DNA from: Candidatus Woesearchaeota archaeon | GTDB lineage: Archaea; Nanobdellota; Nanobdellia; Woesearchaeales; UBA11576 | Reading direction: 5' to 3' | Length of the DNA stretch: 57,604 nucleotides | NCBI GenBank assembly: GCA_016208715.1 | Contig: JACQXV010000195.1 | Coordinates: forward strand, 1-57,604 | Part shown: positions 9,410-18,662 of the stretch, in pieces | Numbering within the stretch: the first letter of the stretch is position 1 | Layout: every line of letters starts with the position of its first letter | The notes under the pieces: generated by a model | What the model saw: the letters and a program-made list of their open reading frames with translations, nothing else | Told to the model about the DNA's origin: nothing | Databases searched by the model: none | Position numbers and translations under genes: made by a program

Positions 9410-10501
9410 TCAGCGCAGAACAAGGAGAGAGCGACTAGATTTCGTGAGTGCTTGAGGGCCTTTTTTTGTCATGACGTAATCATCTTCTATGCGGATGCCG
9501 AATCTTTTTGGATAGTATACGCCTGGTTCGATTGTAAAAACGGTATCTTGTCCCAATTGTGTGAATGATTTGTTGTGATGACCGTGTACAAATGGATACT
9601 CATGAACATCAACGCCGAGTCCGTGACCAATGCTGTGGATAAAGTTTTTGCTGTATTTGCCGAGTCTCTGCCGAGCAACCTTCTCGATGCTTGCAAAGCT
9701 GCAGCCGGGGACTGCCACTCCGCGCGCAGCATCGTGAGCAGCGAACACTGCAGCGTACGCGGCTTGCTCGTGTTTCGTTGGCTTTCCAAGAAATACTGTC
9801 CGTGTCATGTCTGCACAGTATCCTTGGTAACGGATTCCATAATCAATGATGCAGAATCCTTTGCACAGTTTTTTCTGTTTCACTTCGTAATGGGGTCGTG
9901 CTCCAGACGTGCCTGACGCGACGATTGGTCTGAAGCTTGGCTCACAGCCGAAGCGAGCGGTTTCTTGCAGCATAAATGCTGCAATGTCTGCTTCTGTACG
10001 AAATGAATCAAATACGTCAAATGTTTTCTGAAAGGTTTTGTCAGTGAGCATACACGCACGTTGAATTTTCTCAATCTCGGATGGTGTTTTTCGTAATCTG
10101 ATTGTCTGACAGAGTTCTGCAACATCGACAAAAGATGACCGAACATATTTACGAAGTCGTGCCTGTTGCGCCATGCTCGTGTGGTCATAGTCAAGCCCGA
10201 GACGTTTTTCGTGCAACATTCGTCGCGAGAATCGTGCCGCGATCTCTACGGGAAGCTTCCTTTTCATGATAGCAACCGGCACGCTGCTCGCGTCTTTTGC
10301 TCGTTCATATTCCATCTGAGCTACAAGAAGCAGGGGTTTGCCATCGGCAGGAATAATCAGAACTCCTAACCCGTTGTAGTTACATAAATAAAAGAAGTTG
10401 CCGCTGGGCGCGTGCCCGTCTATGTTCTGCAACAACGCATAGCCCATGTTGCGCGCCCGCAGCATGTCCTGGAACCGGCTCACGTTGGAACGAATTGCCA
10501 T
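9410..10501 (-). CDS. Xaa-Pro aminopeptidase / M24 family metallopeptidase
   Basis: M24 signatures HSIGHGLGVDVHE and FTIEPGVY. I place the start at the internal ATG (MAIRSNVSRF..., 364 aa), because the longer track ORF overlaps the divergent M16 gene. Confidence 0.85.
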   Translation of the reverse strand: MAIRSNVSRFQDMLRARNMGYALLQNIDGHAPSGNFFYLCNYNGLGVLIIPADGKPLLLVAQMEYERAKDASSVPVAIMKRKLPVEIAARFSRRMLHEKRLGLDYDHTSMAQQARLRKYVRSSFVDVAELCQTIRLRKTPSEIEKIQRACMLTDKTFQKTFDVFDSFRTEADIAAFMLQETARFGCEPSFRPIVASGTSGARPHYEVKQKKLCKGFCIIDYGIRYQGYCADMTRTVFLGKPTKHEQAAYAAVFAAHDAARGVAVPGCSFASIEKVARQRLGKYSKNFIHSIGHGLGVDVHEYPFVHGHHNKSFTQLGQDTVFTIEPGVYYPKRFGIRIEDDYVMTKKGPQALTKSSRSLLVLR

Positions 10502-10541
10502 AATGCAAAATATTATAAGGCGCGGATATTTAATTCTTGTC
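10502..10541. promoter_or_regulatory. 40-bp divergent intergenic region with two TATA-like boxes (TATTATAAGG, ATATTTAATT)
   Basis: This is the whole spacer between the ATGs of the M24 and M16 peptidase genes. It is too short for leaders on both sides, so leaderless transcripts are implied. Confidence 0.4.
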
Positions 10542-11744
10542 ATGCTCGTGCAGAAAAAATTGCCGAATGGCTGTCGGATGGTAATTGAGAGGAGGAGTTC
10601 TCCCATCGTCTGCGTCCAGATCAGCGTAGGCGTCGGTTCTGACGATGAGAACTTGCGTGTCGCAGGAATATCCCACTTTCTTGAGCATATGCTTTTTGAA
10701 GGCTCTACGACGCGCACGACTAAGGAGATAAGCGAGGCCATCGAGAATGTTGGTGGCGAGCTTAATGCTGCGACTTCTAATGAGAGGACTTTCTATTACG
10801 CGAAGGTGCCGAGAAAGCATTTTGCGATGGCACTGGAGATTCTTGCGGACGTGGTTTTCAATCCAGTGTTCGATCCCAAGATGCTTGAGAAGGAACGCAA
10901 CGTCATCTTGGAAGAGATAAAGATGACCGACGATCAGCCTTTGCAATACCAGTGGATACTATTTGAGAAGACTCTTTGGAAGAAACTCCCCGCAAAGAAT
11001 CCTACCTACGGGACTGTGGAGACTGTGAAAGCGATAACGCGAAAAGACATGATTGACTATCATCAGAGATGGTATTGTCCACAGAATATAATAGTTAGCG
11101 TCGTGGGCGACGCGCCTGGTGCGGAGCGTGAGATCAAGAGGTGGTTTGATAGGCGCAAGTCGACTGCTGTGCCAGAGTTACCGAAGGTCACAGAGCCTGT
11201 GGACAATCGCGCGCTTGTCAAGCGAGAGAAGAGAGGTGTACAGCAGGCGTACATGAATTTCGGCTACAAAACTGTGCCGCGACGTCACCCTGACAGTGTC
11301 GTGCTTGATGTGATAAGCGCGGTTTTCTGTAAGGGTCTTTCTGGAAGGATTGTCGACGAGATCCGCATCAAGCGCGGTCTTGTGTATTCTGTCGGTTGCA
11401 CGCATCAATCTCTCGGCAGTTTCGGTTTTTTTGCGGTTTATCTCAATGCTGCGAAGAAAAACATCGAGCCTTGCCGCAGGATAATACTTCAGGAGATCGG
11501 CAAGCTTTCTACGCTCAGTAAGCGCGAACTTGACGAGGCTAAGGATTACATCGAAGGTAAGCTAATCATGTCTACTGAGGACCATCAGCACCGCGCCGAT
11601 ATTTTGGCGTTCTGGGAATCTGTGAGTTCCGCAAAGGACGCCGAGAGCTATCTCAAAGATGTGGAGAAGGTCTCAAAGGCAGATGTCTTGCGGGTCGCTC
11701 AGAGATATCTCAACAAGAACTACACTATGACGGTTGTGGAATAA
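10542..11744 (+). CDS. M16 family (pitrilysin-like) zinc peptidase
   Basis: Inverted zinc motif HFLEHMLFEG (HxxEH) near the N-terminus; about 400 aa. Start chosen at MLVQKKLPNG... Confidence 0.85.
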   Translation: MLVQKKLPNGCRMVIERRSSPIVCVQISVGVGSDDENLRVAGISHFLEHMLFEGSTTRTTKEISEAIENVGGELNAATSNERTFYYAKVPRKHFAMALEILADVVFNPVFDPKMLEKERNVILEEIKMTDDQPLQYQWILFEKTLWKKLPAKNPTYGTVETVKAITRKDMIDYHQRWYCPQNIIVSVVGDAPGAEREIKRWFDRRKSTAVPELPKVTEPVDNRALVKREKRGVQQAYMNFGYKTVPRRHPDSVVLDVISAVFCKGLSGRIVDEIRIKRGLVYSVGCTHQSLGSFGFFAVYLNAAKKNIEPCRRIILQEIGKLSTLSKRELDEAKDYIEGKLIMSTEDHQHRADILAFWESVSSAKDAESYLKDVEKVSKADVLRVAQRYLNKNYTMTVVE

Positions 11745-11815
11745 TGCCTATTACAATCCAGTTCGCCTTCAAGCTGAGCTAAATAGCTAAATAAATACAA
11801 ATCAGGCAGAATTGG

Positions 11816-12916
11816 CTAACGTGTAATCTTAAAGCTCTGCACTTGCTCTAACAGTCGTCGTGCCTGCGGGTTCTTCACGAAGTGTTCTCGCACCGGCCTG
11901 ATAAGTTCGTTCGTGTAGTGCGCGACAGCATTCTTAAGATCAAGGGGGTGGAGTTTTCCCGATGTATATTCCTCTTCAAGTTCAAGGAAGCTTGCAAGTT
12001 CCAGCGGCCCGCCGAATTTCTGTGACCTGTCTATATTGATTGTCTTGAATTTTGGAAATAATAGGTGGCGAGCATAGTCAATGATTGGGTTTTCGTGCAC
12101 AACCTTCTCAGGGCAGTATGCTTTTTTGATTTTGTGTTTGATTTGTTCTTCGCTATCTGTCATAAAAATCGCTGTGTCGGGGATAGATTTGCTCATCTTG
12201 AGCGCGATCACGCGATCGATAGTATCAGCAGCGGATTTTGGAGGCTCTCCAAGGCCGAGCAGCATGTGGTGGTGCACGCAAACGGGCTTATAATAGCCGA
12301 GTTTAGGGCCGAGTTCTCGCGCGAGCACGTTGACTTTGCGCTGATCCATGCCGAGTTGTGCGATGTCAACGCCAAGGTAGAAAATATCTGCGGCCTGCAT
12401 GCACGGGTAGAGAATCTGTGCTGCTGATAGTTGCTCGGACTCGCTCCGGCCCATGATTTGTGAGCAGCGCACGATGCGATTCACCGTGCTGTTCCTGCTG
12501 ACCTGCATGACCATCTTCCAGTACGCGTCATCCTTGACAAGATCAGATGCCCACACAAACTCTACATTGTCGAGGTCCATGCCGCATGCCTTCCAGACTT
12601 CGATCAGGTATTTGCCGGTGGTCTGGATCTTCTCAAGGTCTCCGCCAAGCTTATTGTTTGCCCACCCGTGCCAGTCTGCAACGAGCATCTTGAACTTGAC
12701 TCCTGCAGCGGTCATGCGGTTGATGTTGATAGATCGCATGATACCTTGTGCGATATGGGGATTGCCACTCGGCTCAAAGCCATCATAGGCGACAGGGTAT
12801 TTTTTTGTACTGAGAAGTTCGTCGAGCTCTTCGCGGGTGAGAATCTCTTCGCCAACCTGTTCGATAAGGTCAAGTCTCTTTTCGCGTTGCATTGTTATAG
12901 CTTGACCGTGCTTCAT
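11816..12916 (-). CDS. tyrS: Tyrosyl-tRNA synthetase (archaeal type)
   Basis: Class I motifs GFEPSGNPHIAQG (HIGH-like) and KMSKS. KKAYCP, ENPI and LHPLDLKNAVA match the archaeal TyrS pattern. The true start may be the internal MQREKRL. Confidence 0.9.
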   Translation of the reverse strand: MKHGQAITMQREKRLDLIEQVGEEILTREELDELLSTKKYPVAYDGFEPSGNPHIAQGIMRSININRMTAAGVKFKMLVADWHGWANNKLGGDLEKIQTTGKYLIEVWKACGMDLDNVEFVWASDLVKDDAYWKMVMQVSRNSTVNRIVRCSQIMGRSESEQLSAAQILYPCMQAADIFYLGVDIAQLGMDQRKVNVLARELGPKLGYYKPVCVHHHMLLGLGEPPKSAADTIDRVIALKMSKSIPDTAIFMTDSEEQIKHKIKKAYCPEKVVHENPIIDYARHLLFPKFKTINIDRSQKFGGPLELASFLELEEEYTSGKLHPLDLKNAVAHYTNELIRPVREHFVKNPQARRLLEQVQSFKITR

Positions 12917-13112
12917 ATATAAAGTTTATGAGGCTGGTTTGGGCTGAAGAAGATTGAAGAAGCCATTATTAAAAAATATAAACATGACCTCCTCCCACGC
13001 CTTAAAGGGCAGGGGTTTAAACCCTCAGCTCGCTATGCTCGCTCTAAACAAAGCAAAAAAGAAAGACAAAAAAAATAGAAAGAAAATGACTTACGGATGT
13101 GCTGGCGCGATT

Positions 13113-14228
13113 TTAGTCAACCTTCATCTTCGCGACCCACATATGGCCTTTTTTCTTTTCCATAGTCCCGTCTAAATGATGCGTGACGGCTCCTCCCAGT
13201 GTCACGGGTGCGTAAAGATGGCACTTGTTGTATGCAAGGCTGTGAGAATCACTGAGCAAGCGATATTCAAAACCACTGCTCTCAAGTTCTGGGATTCGGC
13301 AAGTGCCGGCATGTTCCATACCGTAGGTGAATGTGTGGAACGCGTCACGATCACGGACGATCACACCTTGGTCAGTCACGGCGATACCGTCAGTCAATCG
13401 GCACAGCGCGCTAAGGTCAAACACCTCGAAACTGCCGTCCATCGTGATCTTTCCTACTGAATTCCAGCATTCGTCCTTGCCGCCATCGAGCGTGATGTAG
13501 ATGCAATCGTTCCCAACGGCGAAATCACAATAGCTGTGGAACTGGTAGGGGATGTGCTCCTGGAAGATAACCTGTTCAAGATTCCCCTCAAGATCGAATC
13601 TCTGCAGCCGCAGACCCTCTCCTTGATCAAGCAGGTAGAGTTTATCATCTTTGACTTGGATCGCGGCATACCTGCGAGTGTTGGGATGAAACGCGATATG
13701 TCCTGCATCCTGCCCTAAAGAGAGCATCTTCTTGATTCCATTTCCATCATTATCGAATACAGCGATGTTCGCTGTCGTCACTTCATAACTGACGGCATTG
13801 TTGAGCCAGAACGTTCCATAATCTAGGACAAAGATGCGGTCATCAGTGCATGCAATGCTCATAGGATATTTTATGTGATCCTTTGCCTTCGCGAGATGGC
13901 GTGGTTCATTGTTCTGCAGCGCAGAGGTCGCCGCGTTGTAGATGACTTGTGGAACGTACGAGATGTACGCTCCGACAAGGGTAAACAGGGTGAAATCTCC
14001 CGGTCCTCCGAACGGATTGAAATCGCGGTACAGGATCTTTGATGGGAGAAACCTCCGCGCGTGGTCCTTCCCGAACTGCTTCACAAGTTTCCCGTCGTGT
14101 GCCAGAAGATCAAGATAGTGATCCTCCTTGCCGAACGTGATACGCGAACCGACTATGTGGTCCTTATTGACACACACTTCGTCATATCTTCCAGGCACTT
14201 CAATCAATTCTTCAAGCTTCACTACCAT
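13113..14228 (-). CDS. hypothetical protein (371 aa), beta-rich, possibly propeller-like
   Basis: Long clean ORF with no diagnostic motif. It sits beside an IS remnant in a small accessory patch. Confidence 0.45.
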   Translation of the reverse strand: MVVKLEELIEVPGRYDEVCVNKDHIVGSRITFGKEDHYLDLLAHDGKLVKQFGKDHARRFLPSKILYRDFNPFGGPGDFTLFTLVGAYISYVPQVIYNAATSALQNNEPRHLAKAKDHIKYPMSIACTDDRIFVLDYGTFWLNNAVSYEVTTANIAVFDNDGNGIKKMLSLGQDAGHIAFHPNTRRYAAIQVKDDKLYLLDQGEGLRLQRFDLEGNLEQVIFQEHIPYQFHSYCDFAVGNDCIYITLDGGKDECWNSVGKITMDGSFEVFDLSALCRLTDGIAVTDQGVIVRDRDAFHTFTYGMEHAGTCRIPELESSGFEYRLLSDSHSLAYNKCHLYAPVTLGGAVTHHLDGTMEKKKGHMWVAKMKVD

Positions 14229-14401
14229 TTTCGCACCCCGTCTAGTGATCGTGTCCGTATTGGAATCTCAGCACCGCAAGATCGCTCTGCGTTCTGTACG
14301 CGGTTTTGAGCACACCGTAGCTGAACGCGAAGCGCCAGCTTTCCCTGCCGACAAACTTCAGCGCATCGGTGTGGAGTGCGCCCTTATTTTTGGACAGTAA
14401 G

Positions 14402-14659
14402 TTAGGTAATATTTAATACCTCTACTTCCATTTCATTGGTTGTTTTGTACCCAATCGATGAATAGAGTCGTTTTGCGTTGTACACCTCCTCGATACAATG
14501 GTTTGTCGGACGTTCGGCACGTGCAGGAGATAGCCAGTGAACAGGATTTTCGATCCTGCCCTTGATGACACGCACATCCTCCCTGTCAAGCATCGAAAGC
14601 CGCTTAACGAGGTCCCTATCATCTATCTTATAACGATACTTTCTGCACCAGTCAATACA
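14402..14659 (-). pseudogene. Remnant of a DDE transposase (rve/integrase-core C-terminal fragment, IS3/IS481-like)
   Basis: The translation ...RPTNHCIEEVYNAKRLYSSIGYKTTNEMEVE resembles the conserved C-terminal ...YN..R.HSSLGY.TP.E.E tail of rve-domain transposases. No catalytic core or N-terminus lies upstream. Confidence 0.5.
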
Positions 14660-14837
14660 CTAAAAATGTCCCTACCCTCAAGTGTTCCCATTTGAAGAGA
14701 AAAATACAAAGGTTTATATATGATGGCCTCTCTCGGTGGGACAATAAAAGTGAGTTTTACTACAGATTATTCGGATCATTGCGGTAACCTGTGTAAAAAG
14801 AGGTTGACATAAAAAAAGGTTTAGAGGGGTTATAACC

Positions 14838-15101
14838 ATGGCTGATGATGATAAGAGATTTGCGCGCGAACTCATTGGTAAGACTGTTGTTTCTAAGACC
14901 GGTAAGAAATTTGGTGAAGTTGGCGACATAGTTTTTGAAGTGAAATCTGGCGAGCTTATCCACCTGGTCCTTGTAAAACCGACGGCGTACACCGAAAAAC
15001 TTGAACTTGAAAAGGATAAATCAGACAACATCTTGATTCCGTATTCTTCACTCATCGCGATCGGCGACTTCATGGTGATCGCAGAAGAAGATATTATCTA
15101 A
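14838..15101 (+). CDS. PRC-barrel domain protein
   Basis: 87 aa. LIGKTVVSKTGKKFGEVGDIVFEVKSGELIHLVL is a typical PRC-barrel pattern. A GAGGGGT Shine-Dalgarno-like sequence precedes the ATG. Confidence 0.7.
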   Translation: MADDDKRFARELIGKTVVSKTGKKFGEVGDIVFEVKSGELIHLVLVKPTAYTEKLELEKDKSDNILIPYSSLIAIGDFMVIAEEDII

Positions 15102-15208
15102 AATCATTTCCTTTTCTCCTTTCTCTCCGTTTTGTCAGCGATCATGTTTCCGGGAATTCTTAATGCTCAATAGCAACTTTTTTATAGCGTGTTGGATTCC
15201 AAACATGC

Positions 15209-16213
15209 ATGATCGAGAACAGACCAGAACACTCGCACGACGAGGAATCACGGGCTTCAGATCACACGATGTGGACTGAAAAGTATCGTACAAAGAATTT
15301 TTCAGAAGTTCTTGGGCAAGACGAAATTGTTAAGCGCGTAGAGGCGTTCGTAAAGCAGAGGAACATGCCACACGTGCTTTTTTCCGGTCCTGCGGGGGTC
15401 GGGAAGACGTCGCTCGCACTCGTGATCGCGCGCCGGTTGTTCGGTGATTCGTATCACATGAATTTCCTTTAGTTGAATGCGTCGGACGAGCGCGGAATTG
15501 ATGTTATCAGAAACAAAGTAAAGGATTTCGCTCGGACGCGCTCAATCGGGGATGTACCGTTTAAAATTATTTACCTTGATGAGTGCGATGCGCTCACCAG
15601 GGAAGCTCAGCAGGCATTGCGCAGGACGATGGAAAATTTTACGCAAACAACGCGCTTCATTCTCTCAGCAAATTATTCAAGCAAGATCATAGATCCCATA
15701 CAATCGCGGTGCGCGATCTTTCGCTTCAAGCCTCTTGCAAAGGAAGATATCTTCAGGCTGATTGACAACATTGTCGGTCAGGAGGGGGTTAGGATCGATC
15801 CGGGAGCAAAAGAAGCACTCTACGTCATCTCACAAGGCGACTGTCGCCGGGTTGAGAATATCTTACAGAGCGCCGCGTCGATGGAGAAGCACATCACTGA
15901 AGAGGAAGTTTTTTCCCTTGCATCGATGGCAAGGCCCAAGGAAGTTAAAGAGGTTTTGGAGTTTGCACTTAAGAACAAATTCGTGGACGCCAGAAACAAA
16001 CTTTTAAATATAATGCTTGACTATGGATTGTCAGGAATTGACGTCATTAAGCAAATTCAGTCGGAGATCATCTCGCTTGACATTTCAGGAAAGCAGCGGA
16101 TGATTCTGATGGAGAAGTGCGGCGAGGTCGAGTTTCGCATGAGTGAAGGAAGTGATGAGTTTTTGCAGTTGGAGTCATTCCTTGCGCACGTCGCATTAGT
16201 TGGTATGCAGTGA
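15209..16213 (+). CDS. rfcS: Replication factor C small subunit, interrupted by one in-frame TAG at 15470-15472
   Basis: Walker A GPAGVGKT, NASDERGID, DExD box YLDECDAL and SRC motif IQSRCAIFRF. Track ORFs 15209-15472 and 15473-16213 are in the same frame and are separated only by TAG, at the position where RFC-S consensus (NF.E.NASDERGI) has Glu. Confidence 0.85.
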
Positions 16214-16271
16214 CACTTCATGCGCGCGCGGGCTTGCGCGCCACAAGAGCACGGAGCAAAAAAGCGGTGAC

Positions 16272-17357
16272 ATGGCAAATCCTCTGACCCTCGACGAACT
16301 GGAAAAGAAAAGTCAGGAGATGCTCACACTCCAGCACGATCTTACGAATCGGCTTTCTCAAAGTCAACAAATTATTGCGGATTTCTCACTCGAGCTAGAA
16401 CGTCTCAAAGAGCAGATTACAACAAAGGAAGGCGCCGAGCGTTTGTTGCCGGGGTATCTTGGCACGCTGCAGTCAGCACTGCTCGAAAAACAGGAATTGA
16501 TAAAGAACTTGATTGATGATGTCACAACATTACGAAGCGTCATAGACAAGAAGGACGAGCACCTGCGCGAGTTAAAACAAAAGCTTACGGAAAAGATAGC
16601 CATAGCGACTGAAAACGAAGCAACAGCCGTTACTCTGAAGCAGGAACTTCTCGAAGCGAGTAAAGAGATTATACGGTTGAAGAACGACGTCGCCATCTTT
16701 GGTTCAAAGTTTAGCGAAGGTGATGCACAAAATAAAAAGCTTGCAGCGGATTTGCTACAAACAAAAGACGAGCTGCAGCATACGGCCACCGAACTTAAGG
16801 CTGTACAGGCCGCCCTTGCTGAACAGCAACAGAACATGAAAAACACAATAAAGAATCTTGTAGACGAGCACGAGACTGTAACGAAGAGGATCATGAATGA
16901 AAGTGTCCAGCGCAATTTGGTGCTTGCAACAGAAGTGAGGCGGTTGCGCAACATGGTGGACGCACAGCGCAGGACTATTGAGCTCAAAGAGAAAAAGGAG
17001 ACGGAGCTTGCGCAGGAGACGGTAAGCAGAGTGAAAGACCTGCTCGCCGTCAAAGAAAGTGCTTCGCAGACAAGTGAAGATTTATCCGGAAGCGTTTCGC
17101 CCGCGTTATCTCGGTTAGAATATACGCAGGAAGCGTACGTTGAGGAGGAGGAAGATCTTCTTGAAAGCTTGCGGACGCTCGTTGGAAGCGATCAGTATGA
17201 ACAGAGTGCCACTATTCCGCAGTTGAGCGACTTGTGCCCAATGATCGAGACCGCATTTGATCATGGAGATACGAAAGATGAGATCATTCGGTCGCTGCGT
17301 GGTTGTGGATATGCGCGTTCAGACATCGAAGCGGCATTCAGGAAGCTTGGAAGATAA
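16272..17357 (+). CDS. Coiled-coil protein (361 aa), function unknown
   Basis: Start taken at ATG MANPLTLDELEKK. Heptad-rich, E/K/Q/L-rich sequence through most of its length, with an acidic linker and a small C-terminal globular domain. Confidence 0.55.
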   Translation: MANPLTLDELEKKSQEMLTLQHDLTNRLSQSQQIIADFSLELERLKEQITTKEGAERLLPGYLGTLQSALLEKQELIKNLIDDVTTLRSVIDKKDEHLRELKQKLTEKIAIATENEATAVTLKQELLEASKEIIRLKNDVAIFGSKFSEGDAQNKKLAADLLQTKDELQHTATELKAVQAALAEQQQNMKNTIKNLVDEHETVTKRIMNESVQRNLVLATEVRRLRNMVDAQRRTIELKEKKETELAQETVSRVKDLLAVKESASQTSEDLSGSVSPALSRLEYTQEAYVEEEEDLLESLRTLVGSDQYEQSATIPQLSDLCPMIETAFDHGDTKDEIIRSLRGCGYARSDIEAAFRKLGR

Positions 17358-17383
17358 TACTATTTCAAACTATTGGTTGAAAG

Positions 17384-17535
17384 AACTCTGTCACGAATCT
17401 GCCGCTGCCACCCTGCGGGCTGGCGGCAGGCACATCGTCTCACAGGACTCTCGGTTCATGTTTAACTACTTTAATCAGTTTGACGTGCGCAACGAGCGTC
17501 GTGGCGACGCTGCAATTTAGGCGGCTAAAACAAAT
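17384..17535. mobile_element. Chimeric MITE-like element: A-type-like left arm, B-type right arm
   Basis: The left arm CTCTGTCACGAATCTGCCGCTGCCACCCTGCG resembles the A terminus. The right arm GAGCGTCGTGGCGACGCTGC...GGCTAAAACAAAT resembles the B terminus. No flanking direct repeat. Confidence 0.6.
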
Positions 17536-17552
17536 GCAGAAAAAGTAAAAAA

Positions 17553-18533
17553 TTATCCACCAACGTGCTGCACCACAAGCGGCTTGTTTACGAACTGCTT
17601 GTAATCATATCCAAGTTCGATCGTGACGAGTTTTTCAAGGTCGGTTGGGTTGTTGACTGTTTGCGTACAGCGGATTTCTCTTTCTCCATTGAGAAGTGTT
17701 GCATCCCCTTCAAAGGTTGTTCCGCTTGCTGCCCCGTTCTGGAGCCCACTGCAGGTTAAGCCATCAGAAAGTCCCGTGTCAACTTTGATGTGGACCTTGT
17801 CTTTTTTCTGGAAGCTTCCATCACACTCGCTTAATTTCTCGTGGACAGTTCCCGTTCCGACGGATTTCACCTTAAAAACAAATGCAACTTTGTTTGAGGA
17901 GCTGACAGATTCTCGAAATGACTGGCTCTCGATCTGGACAGGCGCTCCTGAATTGTCAATAGTTTTGACTTCGTTGATCTGACAAAGCGTATTTGTTTTA
18001 CCTTCTGTTCCAAGAATATCTTCCAGGATGCACAGTTTGGTGTTTGTTATGCTTTTGTATTCATAGCAGACGTCTGCGCGCACATTGTAGCTTACGGATC
18101 CAGCGATCGTCTTTTGATGCTGCATGGTGCTTCCAGCAGCCGGAAAGTCGATTGTTACGTCGGCTCCAGAGACAGCATTGCCGCTTGCGTCCTTTTGCGC
18201 CCCGCGCAATGGGTCTGGGCTGTCGTGCTTAAGGTCTGCAGCAGTGACTCCAAAATCCGCTGGGTCGATGCCACTGATCGTGACTGTTGCGTCAGCAGTA
18301 TTCTCAATGCTGTAGTCTCCTTTGTTCACGAGGCGTACGCTGATGCCGAACGGCTGACCTGTATCGAAGACCTTGTCGGGTGGAGTTCCTGCGACGAAGC
18401 TGAGCTCGAGTCCTTGGGTTCCTCCGACAAATTGTGATCCTGCGACTCCTTGCTGTTTTTGTCCCCCATTGCATCCTGCGAGGACGATAAGAAGGACAGT
18501 TAGGGCGACGATGGGGATGATTTTTTTGTTCAT
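17553..18533 (-). CDS. Secreted lipobox protein, paralog 1 of 3 (326 aa)
   Basis: N-terminus MNKKIIPIVALTVLLIVLAGC (signal plus lipobox-like LAGC). Shares blocks with 18663 and 19803: GT.G.....F....PP...F; a C.(Y/K)Y(K/Q).......(L/V)CI pair of cysteines; and a G.(A/P)V motif. Confidence 0.65.
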   Translation of the reverse strand: MNKKIIPIVALTVLLIVLAGCNGGQKQQGVAGSQFVGGTQGLELSFVAGTPPDKVFDTGQPFGISVRLVNKGDYSIENTADATVTISGIDPADFGVTAADLKHDSPDPLRGAQKDASGNAVSGADVTIDFPAAGSTMQHQKTIAGSVSYNVRADVCYEYKSITNTKLCILEDILGTEGKTNTLCQINEVKTIDNSGAPVQIESQSFRESVSSSNKVAFVFKVKSVGTGTVHEKLSECDGSFQKKDKVHIKVDTGLSDGLTCSGLQNGAASGTTFEGDATLLNGEREIRCTQTVNNPTDLEKLVTIELGYDYKQFVNKPLVVQHVGG

Positions 18534-18662
18534 GTCTTGTGCCTCCGAAATAGTGATCGTAACAGTGATCGTGATTCAGTTAACATGCGCTTCTCCTTCG
18601 TTTTTCTTCTCTTTCATTTTTCCCTTCTCATTTATTTTCCTGATTTATATTTTCCTGAGTTA

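Noticed and set aside
9410-10741. The long N-terminal extensions in the ORF track for 9410-10741 and 10446-11744, which would overlap each other by about 300 nt on opposite strands
   Set aside because: The family-conserved sequence begins at internal ATGs (10501 and 10542). The extensions have no similarity to M24 or M16 proteins and would remove any promoter space.
14711-14720. GGTTTATATA as the promoter of the PRC-barrel gene
   Set aside because: It lies about 120 nt upstream of the ATG at 14838 and about 50-70 nt from the IS remnant, so I cannot assign it to either. It is recorded only as an instance of the recurrent AAGGTTTAWA motif.
15470-15472. Genome-wide reassignment of TAG (for example to a sense codon or pyrrolysine) as the explanation for the RFC interruption
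   Set aside because: TAG terminates at least six other well-supported genes in this window at sensible C-termini (2273, 11816, 21078, 23613, 27274, 51274). No pyl genes are visible here.
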